Shown here: one piece after another, positions 1 through 6,693 of the stretch | Layout: each line of letters starts with the position of its first letter | How positions within the stretch are numbered: position 1 is the stretch's first letter | Source: Candidatus Delongbacteria bacterium | Lineage (GTDB): Bacteria > UBA4055 | Length of the DNA stretch: 64,000 bases | Assembly (NCBI GenBank): GCA_016937995.1 | Contig: JAFGVM010000024.1 | Span: forward strand, 309 to 64,308 | Direction of reading: 5' to 3' | The notes under the pieces: generated by a model | The model's database searches: none | Told to the model about the DNA's origin: nothing | Seen by the model: only the letters and a program-made list of their open reading frames with translations | Program-made: the position numbers and the translations under genes

Positions 1-260
1 TCCTTGGGATCCATATCTCTTCGCAATATACCCGCTTCCTCTAAAGATGCTACAATTCTTGTCACTCCCCCTGATGTAATATTCAAGCGTTCAGCCAAAT
101 CTTTAACCGATAAAATATCTGCATCAAAATATTGTTTTAAGCAATTTAGTTCTGAACAGGTGACTTTTAATTTTGCTGCGATCTTTTTATCCTTGAATTG
201 ACAATTGATCTTCATCATATTCATTATTTGAGATATTATAGCTATTTTATTTTTATCCAT
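1..260 (-). CDS. MarR-family winged-helix regulator, 5' part (gene runs off left edge)
   Basis: Hand translation from ATG at 260: MDKNKIAIISQIMNMMKINCQFKDKKIAAKLKVTCSELNCLKQYFDADILSVKDLAERLNITSGGVTRIVASLEEAGILRRDMDPK. By hand count 57/86 residues are identical to the MarR ORF at 24045-24530. Track ORF 4..201(+) is its antisense shadow. Confidence 0.8.
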   Translation of the reverse strand, partial: MDKNKIAIISQIMNMMKINCQFKDKKIAAKLKVTCSELNCLKQYFDADILSVKDLAERLNITSGGVTRIVASLEEAGILRRDMDPK

Positions 261-288
261 ATTTTGCGCCTTTTTTAATTCACGATGT

Positions 289-317
289 AATTTATTGACA
301 CTCTCAACTATTGTCAA
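289..317 (-). promoter_or_regulatory. Sigma70-type promoter / putative MarR operator of the left MarR paralog
   Basis: Minus strand reads TTGACA (317-312), a 17-nt spacer, then TAAATT (294-289), about 30 nt before the ATG at 260. The spacer holds the inverted repeat TTGACA-N11-TGTCAA. The sequence is nearly identical to 24557-24585. Confidence 0.55.
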
Positions 318-380
318 GTGAAATATTTGACATTTTAACTTTGTTTTATTTTCGCCTCTCCGTTTTTTCTCATTTTACAC

Positions 381-409
381 TTGACTTTTGCACATATGTT
401 CATTATATT
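381..409 (+). promoter_or_regulatory. Sigma70-type promoter for the DUF134 operon
   Basis: TTGACT (381-386), 17-nt spacer, TATATT (404-409). It lies 23 nt upstream of the ATG at 432, which has a GGAGA RBS. Confidence 0.5.
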
Positions 410-431
410 TCTTCTAAACAACGGAGAATGT

Positions 432-875
432 ATGTCAAGACCTAAAATAAATAGAAGTGTTTTAAAACCACCTATGTTCACTGAATTTAAACCGGTAGGA
501 GTACCGAGCAGGATACTCTCACAGACATTTTTAAGCTTAGATGAATATGAGGCTTTTAGATTAGCTGATCACTTAGGTTTTGGGCATGAAGAAGCATCTG
601 AAGAAATGAATATTTCACGATCAACTTTTACAAGATTGATAGAACAGGCAAGAAAAAAAGTTGCGGGAATGTTGATCAATGGAAACATTCTAACAATCGA
701 AGGCGGGAATATCCATTTCAGAAAAAATACTATCCGCTGTAATTCATGTGGGCATACGTTCATTATAGACATTAATGCAAACATAGTCAAATGTCCGGAA
801 TGTAATTCTGACAGCTTACAAAACTTTGCAGGAAATTTTGGACATGGCAGATGTTGCAGAGGAAGAAATAGATAA
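432..875 (+). CDS. DUF134/UPF0251 family putative DNA-binding protein with C-terminal zinc ribbon
   Basis: MSRPKINRSVLKPPMFTEFKPVGVP...LSLDEYEAFRLADHLG...ISRSTFTRLIEQARKKVA matches the DUF134 sigma70-region-4-like HTH. There is an extra RCNSCGH...KCPECNS ribbon. GGAGA sits at 423-427. The track start at 381 falls inside the predicted -35 box. Confidence 0.8.
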   Translation: MSRPKINRSVLKPPMFTEFKPVGVPSRILSQTFLSLDEYEAFRLADHLGFGHEEASEEMNISRSTFTRLIEQARKKVAGMLINGNILTIEGGNIHFRKNTIRCNSCGHTFIIDINANIVKCPECNSDSLQNFAGNFGHGRCCRGRNR

Positions 876-910
876 AACTGTGCCATTCGTTTGACACAAA
901 GGAGGTAAAA

Positions 911-1219
911 ATGCCAAGAGGTGACAGAACGGGTCCAAACAGTGAAGGCCCAATGACAGGAAGAAGAATGGGATATTGCGCAGGCAACGATCGTCCCGGT
1001 TATACTGAAAGTAACCAATACTTCGGAAGAGGCGGTGGTGGTTTCAGAAGAAGAGGAGGAAGAGGTTTTGGCGGTGGTTTTGGTTTCCGAGGTGAAAATT
1101 TCAACTCTGATTTCACTACAAATGTATCTGAAAAAACATTGCTGGAAAATGAAATAAGAATTCTTAAAGATCAACTGAGTTCGTTGGAGAAGAAACTTAG
1201 TGAGTCGGGAGATAGATAA
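911..1219 (+). CDS. DUF5320 family protein (Gly/Arg-rich, C-terminal coiled coil)
   Basis: The N-terminus MPRGDRTGPNSEGPMTGRRMGYCAG is typical of DUF5320. It has an RGG-like stretch GRGGGGFRRRGGRGFGGGFGFRG and the tail LLENEIRILKDQLSSLEKKL. GGAGG RBS at 901-905. Confidence 0.75.
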   Translation: MPRGDRTGPNSEGPMTGRRMGYCAGNDRPGYTESNQYFGRGGGGFRRRGGRGFGGGFGFRGENFNSDFTTNVSEKTLLENEIRILKDQLSSLEKKLSESGDR

Positions 1220-1220
1220 A

Positions 1221-1469
1221 ATGAGTCTTTTTGGCAATGGTAATCGTAGCGGTAGTAGAAGAGGCCAAGGCAGATCCGCCCAGGGTCAAGATTTAGGTAA
1301 AGGCGGTGGAAAAGGTAGAAATAATGGTAGTGCCTTGGGTACAGGTGGTTCTTGTGCCTGTGCAAAATGCGGTGCTAAAATACCTCACCAGCAAGGGACA
1401 CCATGTACTCAGTTAAAATGCCATGAATGCGGGAACACACTGGTCAGAGAAGAATTATTGAATAAGTAA
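1221..1469 (+). CDS. Small Gly/Arg-rich zinc-ribbon protein (uncharacterised)
   Basis: MSLFGNGNRSGSRRGQGRSAQG...GGSCACAKCGAKIPHQQGTPCTQLKCHECGNTL contains CxCxxC...CxxxxCxxC. The start is abutted to the previous stop (1219). GGGAGA lies upstream. The alternative start at 1200 overlaps the previous gene. Confidence 0.6.
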   Translation: MSLFGNGNRSGSRRGQGRSAQGQDLGKGGGKGRNNGSALGTGGSCACAKCGAKIPHQQGTPCTQLKCHECGNTLVREELLNK

Positions 1470-1476
1470 ATAATTT

Positions 1477-1517
1477 AAACCGTCAGTCTTGAAGGCTGAC
1501 GGTTTATAATTTTTTCT
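1477..1517 (+). terminator. Rho-independent terminator
   Basis: Stem AAACCGTCAG (1477-1486) pairs with CTGACGGTTT (1496-1505), followed by ATAATTTTTTC. Confidence 0.7.
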
Positions 1518-1596
1518 TTGTATAAAAGTAAGAGAGTTAATGTCATTGGTTAAGAAATTGATCAGTGGAATTTAAAAAATTATAAAAGGAAACAAA

Positions 1597-1959
1597 ATGA
1601 AAAAATTATTCGCGGTTCCAACAGAAAACAAAAAGTTATGTGCTCATTTCGGTCATTGCGAGAAATTCGCAATAGTCGAAACTTTTGAAGGTAAGATCGT
1701 AAAAGAAGAATTTGTTGAACCACCTGAGCACCAACCTGGAACATTTCCTAAATTTTTAGCTGATATGGGAGTCAATACTATTATCGCGGGTGGAATGGGG
1801 CAAAAGGCGCAGGATCTCTTCGCAATGAACAATATAGAAGTTTATATGGGTGTTAATTCTGAAGATCCTTCTAAACTGGTTTTAAACTATTTGAACGATC
1901 AGCTTGAAACTGGAGACAATCAGTGTGGACATGGACCTGATCATGTATGTGAACATTAA
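1597..1959 (+). CDS. NifX/NifB-C-terminal-like (dinitrogenase FeMo-cofactor-binding domain) protein, paralog 1
   Basis: The core HFGHCEKFAIVE...TIIAGGMGQKAQDLF is typical of the PF02579-type fold. It has a Cys/His-rich tail GDNQCGHGPDHVCEH. Confidence 0.75.
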   Translation: MKKLFAVPTENKKLCAHFGHCEKFAIVETFEGKIVKEEFVEPPEHQPGTFPKFLADMGVNTIIAGGMGQKAQDLFAMNNIEVYMGVNSEDPSKLVLNYLNDQLETGDNQCGHGPDHVCEH

Positions 1960-1961
1960 GT

Positions 1962-2028
1962 CAGAAGTTAGAAGTTAGAAGTCAGAAGTTGATAACATAT
2001 CTAAAATCTAAATTCTAAAGTCTAAAAT
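1962..2028. repeat. Two blocks of 4 tandem heptamers in an intercistronic spacer
   Basis: (C/T)AGAAGT x4 at 1962-1989 and CTAAA(A/T/G)T x4 at 2001-2028. Confidence 0.7.
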
Positions 2029-2048
2029 AGTATTTGAGGTTAAATATA

Positions 2049-2915
2049 ATGAAAATAGCTATAGCAAGTGGTAAAGGAGGAACTGGAAAAACGACACTTT
2101 CCACCAACTTAGGAAGCTTTTTAGCTGAAAACAATGATGTCGTTTTAGTAGATCTTGATGTTGAAGAACCTAATTCAGGGTTATTTCTAAAAAGTACATT
2201 GATCAAGAAATATGACAAATTTAGAATGGTGCCTGAATGGGATCTTACAAATTGTACTTTATGTGGAAATTGTCAGAAAGTTTGTAATTTTCATGCAGTT
2301 ATTACTCTGAAAACAAAAGTAATGGTCTTTCCTCAGCTTTGTCACGGATGTTATGCCTGTAGTGAGCTATGTCCGAACAATTCTCTTCCTATGAAACAGG
2401 AGAAAATGGGAGAACTAAAACATTTCAAAGTTGGAAAGCTTAATTTTGTTGAGAGCAGATTGGATGTCGGTCAGGAACAAGCTGTCCCACTTATATCCCA
2501 AACGCTTGAATTTGTTGATGAAAAATATACGAAAGAAACAATTAAGTTATATGACTCTCCCCCGGGAACATCTTGTCCGGTGATCGAAGCAACTAAAGAT
2601 GCTGATTTTGTTATCCTCGTAACAGAACCAACGCCCTTTGGATTTCATGACCTGAAACTCGCAATAGATACAATGAGAGTTTTGAAAAAAGAGATTGGAG
2701 TTGTTGTCAATCGTTATGGTATAGGCAATAACGATGTAATTGATTACTGTGAAAAAGAAAATATTCCTGTAATAGCCACTATACCCAATGATAGGAAAAT
2801 TGCAGAACTTTATTCCCGGGGAGAATTATTATACGATAAAATTACTGAAGTAAAAAAAGAATTAGAAAAAATAAGTAAATTTATTTTTGATAGAAATATC
2901 GGAGGTAACAAATGA
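2049..2915 (+). CDS. MinD/ParA-type P-loop ATPase with inserted 2x[4Fe-4S] ferredoxin domain (COG1149-like), copy 1
   Basis: Deviant Walker A IASGKGGTGKTT. Ferredoxin motifs CTLCGNCQKVC and CHGCYACSELCP. ATG at 2049 follows TGAGGT. Confidence 0.85.
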   Translation: MKIAIASGKGGTGKTTLSTNLGSFLAENNDVVLVDLDVEEPNSGLFLKSTLIKKYDKFRMVPEWDLTNCTLCGNCQKVCNFHAVITLKTKVMVFPQLCHGCYACSELCPNNSLPMKQEKMGELKHFKVGKLNFVESRLDVGQEQAVPLISQTLEFVDEKYTKETIKLYDSPPGTSCPVIEATKDADFVILVTEPTPFGFHDLKLAIDTMRVLKKEIGVVVNRYGIGNNDVIDYCEKENIPVIATIPNDRKIAELYSRGELLYDKITEVKKELEKISKFIFDRNIGGNK

Positions 2916-3787
2916 AAGAAATTGTAGTAATCTCCGGTAAAGGTGGAACTGGTAAAACATCTATCACTGCTTCTTTTGCGTATTTAGGCGGAAAAGATGT
3001 TGTTGTTGCTGATTGCGATGTCGATGCAGCTGATATGCATCTTCTGATGGAACCAAAAAAGTCTACTGCTGAAGATTTTTATAGTGGTGTTCTTGCAGAG
3101 ATAGATCAAAATTTATGTGTTAAATGCGGTAAATGTTCAGAAGTTTGTCGCTGGAATGCAATACCTTGTAAAAATGATGAATATACAGTTAACCCATTAG
3201 ACTGTGAAGGATGTGGATATTGTGCTCGTGTTTGTCCAATGGAAGCTATTAGTATGAATGAGCAAAATGTTGGAGAATGGTTTATATCTGAAACAAGAGT
3301 AAACAATACCATGATACATGCAAGACTTGGCATCGGCTCTGAAAACTCTGGAAAACTTGTTGCACATGTTAAGAATAAAGCAAAAATGTTAGCTTTAGAA
3401 ACTAAAAAAGATTTCATTATTGTCGATGGTTCTCCCGGTATTGGTTGTCCTGTTGTATCATCTCTTTCAGGTGCTCATTTTGTGGTTCTTGTAACCGAAC
3501 CTACTGTGGCAGGGCTACACGATCTGAGAAGAGTTTATCAACTTGTAAATAAATTTCAAATTCCTGCAGGATGTATAATTAACAAGGCTGACTTGAATAA
3601 TGAAGTTTCTGATGAAATAAAAGAATTTCTTGATGAGGAAAAAATTGTACATTTAGCTGATCTTCCATATGATGAAAATTTCACTAAGGCTATGACACTG
3701 GGTAAAACAATAGTAGAATATGATAAAAGTAAGTTAAGAGAAACTCTGACAGATACTTGGAACGAGATAAAAAGAATAGTTATGTAA
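2912..3787 (+). CDS. MinD/ParA-type P-loop ATPase with inserted 2x[4Fe-4S] ferredoxin domain (COG1149-like), copy 2
   Basis: ISGKGGTGKTS, CVKCGKCSEVC and CEGCGYCARVCP motifs. There is a 4-nt ATGA overlap with copy 1. Confidence 0.85.
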   Translation: MKEIVVISGKGGTGKTSITASFAYLGGKDVVVADCDVDAADMHLLMEPKKSTAEDFYSGVLAEIDQNLCVKCGKCSEVCRWNAIPCKNDEYTVNPLDCEGCGYCARVCPMEAISMNEQNVGEWFISETRVNNTMIHARLGIGSENSGKLVAHVKNKAKMLALETKKDFIIVDGSPGIGCPVVSSLSGAHFVVLVTEPTVAGLHDLRRVYQLVNKFQIPAGCIINKADLNNEVSDEIKEFLDEEKIVHLADLPYDENFTKAMTLGKTIVEYDKSKLRETLTDTWNEIKRIVM

Positions 3788-3914
3788 GGAACGCAGGGAT
3801 GCGTTCCACAGCGTCTCTTTTTTACGACCAGCAAATGGATCTCCGTATTCCCGATAAATCGGGATAAACCGATGCACGAAGATGACAAAATGTAAGGGCG
3901 TTATTTATAACGCC
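3788..3914. repeat. Cluster of three GC-rich hairpin elements (dispersed family)
   Basis: GGAACGCA-ggga-TGCGTTCC (3788-3807). TCCCGATAAATCGGGA (3849-3864), flanked by an ATGACA box at 3882-3887. GGCGTTA-ttta-TAACGCC (3897-3914). Copies of each type recur elsewhere in the window. Confidence 0.7.
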
Positions 3915-3941
3915 AACTTATTAAAAAAAAGGAGAAATAAA

Positions 3942-4280
3942 ATGAAAATAGCATTTACTACGCAGGGAACTGAATGGGATTCAAAAATGGATCCCCGATT
4001 TGGTAGAGCAGCCTGGATACTTGTATATGATGAAGATACTGACAAATTCTCATCAATAGACAACTCTGATGTTGCCGGGGAAGCTCACGGAGCCGGTCCG
4101 AGAACAGCGCAAAGATTATTCGAATTTCAACCTGATGTTTTGATCACAGGTAATGGTCCGGGTGGAAATGCGGGTACAGCTCTGAAGGAAGCAGGAATTG
4201 TTTCTTACATAGGAGCCGGAGATATGACTGTTAAAGAAGCTTTTAGTGCTTTTAAGAATAACAGTCTTAAAAAGGCATAA
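3942..4280 (+). CDS. NifX/NifB-C-terminal-like protein, paralog 2
   Basis: MKIAFTTQG...DPRFGRAAWILVYD...VLITGNGPGGNAGTAL. AAGGAGA RBS before the ATG at 3942. The track start at 3882 lies in a repeat element. Confidence 0.75.
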   Translation: MKIAFTTQGTEWDSKMDPRFGRAAWILVYDEDTDKFSSIDNSDVAGEAHGAGPRTAQRLFEFQPDVLITGNGPGGNAGTALKEAGIVSYIGAGDMTVKEAFSAFKNNSLKKA

Positions 4281-4344
4281 AAATCAATGAATTTAGAAGA
4301 TGTATATATTCTAAATAGTATAAATAAAATTAGAAGGTAACAAA

Positions 4345-5694
4345 ATGAAGACGGATGTAGTAGTTATAGGCAGTAGCGCAGCCGGAATGGTTGTAGCTGC
4401 AACAGGTAAGAGAGTTCATCCTGAAAAAGATTTTACTGTGGTTACAAAACAACCAAAGACAATGATTCCATGCGGAATTCCATATATCTTTGGTTCTGTT
4501 GAAACCTCGAACAATAATATTCTTCCTGCAGAAAAAGTTTTTGAGCAGGCTGGAATTAAGGTAATACATGATGTGATTACTAAAATTGATCGAAAAAACA
4601 AAACTTGTGAATTAAAAAGCGGGGATAAATTAGAATACGATAAATTGGTCATCGCTACTGGTTCTACACCCCACAAACCTACGTGGCTAAAAGGACTTGA
4701 GAAAAATAATGTTTTCTTTGTTCCAAAGGATAAAATTTATCTTGATGATATGCAGGATCAATTAAAAGATTGTAAAGATATTGTTACGATCGGTGCAGGC
4801 TTCATTGGAGTTGAAATGTCTGATGAACTGAATAAAAACGGTAAGAATGTAACATTGATAGAAAAAATGCCTAATATTCTGGGATTAGCATTTGACAAAG
4901 AAATTTCAGAAAAAGTTGAAAAGATTTTAAAGGAAAGAGGAGTTAATCTTCTGACAGGAATAAGTGTTAAAGAAATTGTAGGATCAGAATCAGCTGAAGG
5001 TGTGCTACTCGATAATGGTGATATTTTAAAAGCAGATGCCATAATTATTTCGATGGGTTACAGACCAGATGTTAAATTAGCTAAAAAAGCAGATATTCCG
5101 TTAAACGATCAAGGATTTATTCGGGTGGATGAATATATGAGAACTTCAGACCCAGATATTTTTGCTATTGGTGACTGTGCTGAAAAAAGAGACTTTGTAA
5201 CTAGAAAACCAAATCCCGTAATGCTTGCTTCAACTGCTTGTGCGGAAGCTCGTACGGCTGGAATGAATCTATTTAAACTTTCTGTTATTAAAACTTTTAG
5301 CGGAACTATCTCTATCTTTTCTACAGCTATAGGAAATAGCGGTTTCGGAGTGGCCGGATTAACAGAATCTCAGGCGATTGCTGAAGGATTTGAAATTGTT
5401 ACAGGATATGCTGAAGGTATTGACCGACATCCAGGTTCTCTTGCAGATTCACACCAGCAGTGTGTTAAATTGATCGTTGGTAAAGAATCAGGTGTAATTC
5501 TCGGTGGAGAAGCTTGCGGTGGTTTATCAACAGGAGAGCTTGTAAATATGATCGGAATTGTTATTCAAAACAGAATGAATATCAATTCACTATTTACTGC
5601 TCAAATAGGTACTCACCCACTCCTAACAGCTTCACCTGCAGGATATCCGTTGTTGAAAGCAGTAGAAAATGCATTAATAAAATGGAGAAAGTAA
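4345..5694 (+). CDS. FAD-dependent pyridine nucleotide-disulfide oxidoreductase, CoA-disulfide reductase / NADH oxidase / NSR-like
   Basis: VVVIGSSAAG FAD fold and TIGAGFIGVEMSDEL NAD(P)H fold. There is a single Cys43 in MIPCGIPY, at the position of the redox-active Cys of the CoADR/Nox family. GDCA motif present. Confidence 0.8.
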   Translation: MKTDVVVIGSSAAGMVVAATGKRVHPEKDFTVVTKQPKTMIPCGIPYIFGSVETSNNNILPAEKVFEQAGIKVIHDVITKIDRKNKTCELKSGDKLEYDKLVIATGSTPHKPTWLKGLEKNNVFFVPKDKIYLDDMQDQLKDCKDIVTIGAGFIGVEMSDELNKNGKNVTLIEKMPNILGLAFDKEISEKVEKILKERGVNLLTGISVKEIVGSESAEGVLLDNGDILKADAIIISMGYRPDVKLAKKADIPLNDQGFIRVDEYMRTSDPDIFAIGDCAEKRDFVTRKPNPVMLASTACAEARTAGMNLFKLSVIKTFSGTISIFSTAIGNSGFGVAGLTESQAIAEGFEIVTGYAEGIDRHPGSLADSHQQCVKLIVGKESGVILGGEACGGLSTGELVNMIGIVIQNRMNINSLFTAQIGTHPLLTASPAGYPLLKAVENALIKWRK

Positions 5695-5730
5695 TTATTT
5701 AAGATATAATATTTGTAAATCGGAGACTAA

Positions 5731-6126
5731 ATGGAATTAATAACAGCATTTGCAACTGATGACGGTAAATTATTTATGGACAGGCATTTCGGTGATGCGA
5801 AGTACTATGATATTTATAGGATTTCTGCATCTGGTATGGAGCTTATTAAAAGAATTGATAATACCACTGAAGAAGAGGAAGAAGAAATTCATGCTGATCC
5901 AAGGAAAGCTAAAGACATTTCAGGGTTACTGAAAGAAGAAAATGTACAAGTTGTTGTTTCTAAAGTTTTTGGTCCGAATATTAAAAGGATAAAGAAAAAT
6001 TTCGTTTGTGTCGTTATGGAGAAAGAAAAAGAAATTTTTGATAGTATCGCGAAAATGCAAAGTTTTTTTGACATTATTGTTAGGGAATGGGAAAAAGGTG
6101 AAGACAGATTGATCTTTAAAATTTAA
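5731..6126 (+). CDS. NifX/NifB-C-terminal-like protein, paralog 3
   Basis: DRHFGDAKYYDIY...VQVVVSKVFGPNIKRI, with an acidic insert TTEEEEEEIH. Confidence 0.65.
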   Translation: MELITAFATDDGKLFMDRHFGDAKYYDIYRISASGMELIKRIDNTTEEEEEEIHADPRKAKDISGLLKEENVQVVVSKVFGPNIKRIKKNFVCVVMEKEKEIFDSIAKMQSFFDIIVREWEKGEDRLIFKI

Positions 6127-6139
6127 TTCAGGTGACAAA

Positions 6140-6583
6140 ATGAAAACTAAAGTCGGTATTATAATTTGTGACCGGTATAAAAGTTGTGCCGGTGGAAAAT
6201 GCTTTAGATCTTTACAGGAAAGAGATGGGGCATTCAGTATTTATCCTAAAGAAGAGGATGTTCAAATAGTTGGATATACTTCTTGCGGTGGTTGTCCCGG
6301 TGGGAATATTGAATATACTCCTGAAGAAATGATCAAGAACGGGGCAAATGTAATTCATCTTGCAACAGGAATGGTTGTCGGATATCCTCCATGCCCCTTT
6401 ATTGATCATTTTAGAAAATTTATTACTGAAAAATATGGAATAAAAGTTATTGTGGGGACTCATCCGATACCTGAGAAATATTATAAGACTCATCATGAAC
6501 TGGGTACATGGAATTCCCCTGAATGGCAGGAGATGATATCTCTTGTTTTACCTGATCAAAAAACCAGATTAAAGTACGATTAA
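6140..6583 (+). CDS. CGGC-domain protein
   Basis: Contains CDRYKSCAGGKC...YTSCGGCPGG. The CGGC signature and many conserved Cys/His fit the PF08821-type family. Confidence 0.8.
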   Translation: MKTKVGIIICDRYKSCAGGKCFRSLQERDGAFSIYPKEEDVQIVGYTSCGGCPGGNIEYTPEEMIKNGANVIHLATGMVVGYPPCPFIDHFRKFITEKYGIKVIVGTHPIPEKYYKTHHELGTWNSPEWQEMISLVLPDQKTRLKYD

Positions 6584-6640
6584 GCTAATCTATTAAAATG
6601 AATTTGTATTTCAGCAGAAACAAAAATTGATATTTAGTGA

Positions 6641-6669
6641 AAAAAGCCCGAAACATTTCGGGCTTTTTG
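6641..6669. terminator. Bidirectional Rho-independent terminator between convergent genes
   Basis: AAAAAGCCCGAAAcaTTTCGGGCTTTTT, with A/T runs on both sides. Confidence 0.8.
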
Positions 6670-6693
6670 CTATTGCAAATATTTTAAAAATAT

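Noticed and set aside
4-201. Track ORF of 65 aa on the plus strand at the left edge
   Set aside because: It is the antisense frame of the MarR gene (1-260, minus strand). The same artefact occurs opposite the second MarR (24199-24471), with a similar pseudo-protein.
569-1237. 222-aa minus-strand ORF overlapping the DUF134 and DUF5320 genes
   Set aside because: The product is low-complexity (a poly-Ser/Thr mirror of the Gly/Arg tract) with no RBS. It lies opposite two well-supported family-assignable genes.
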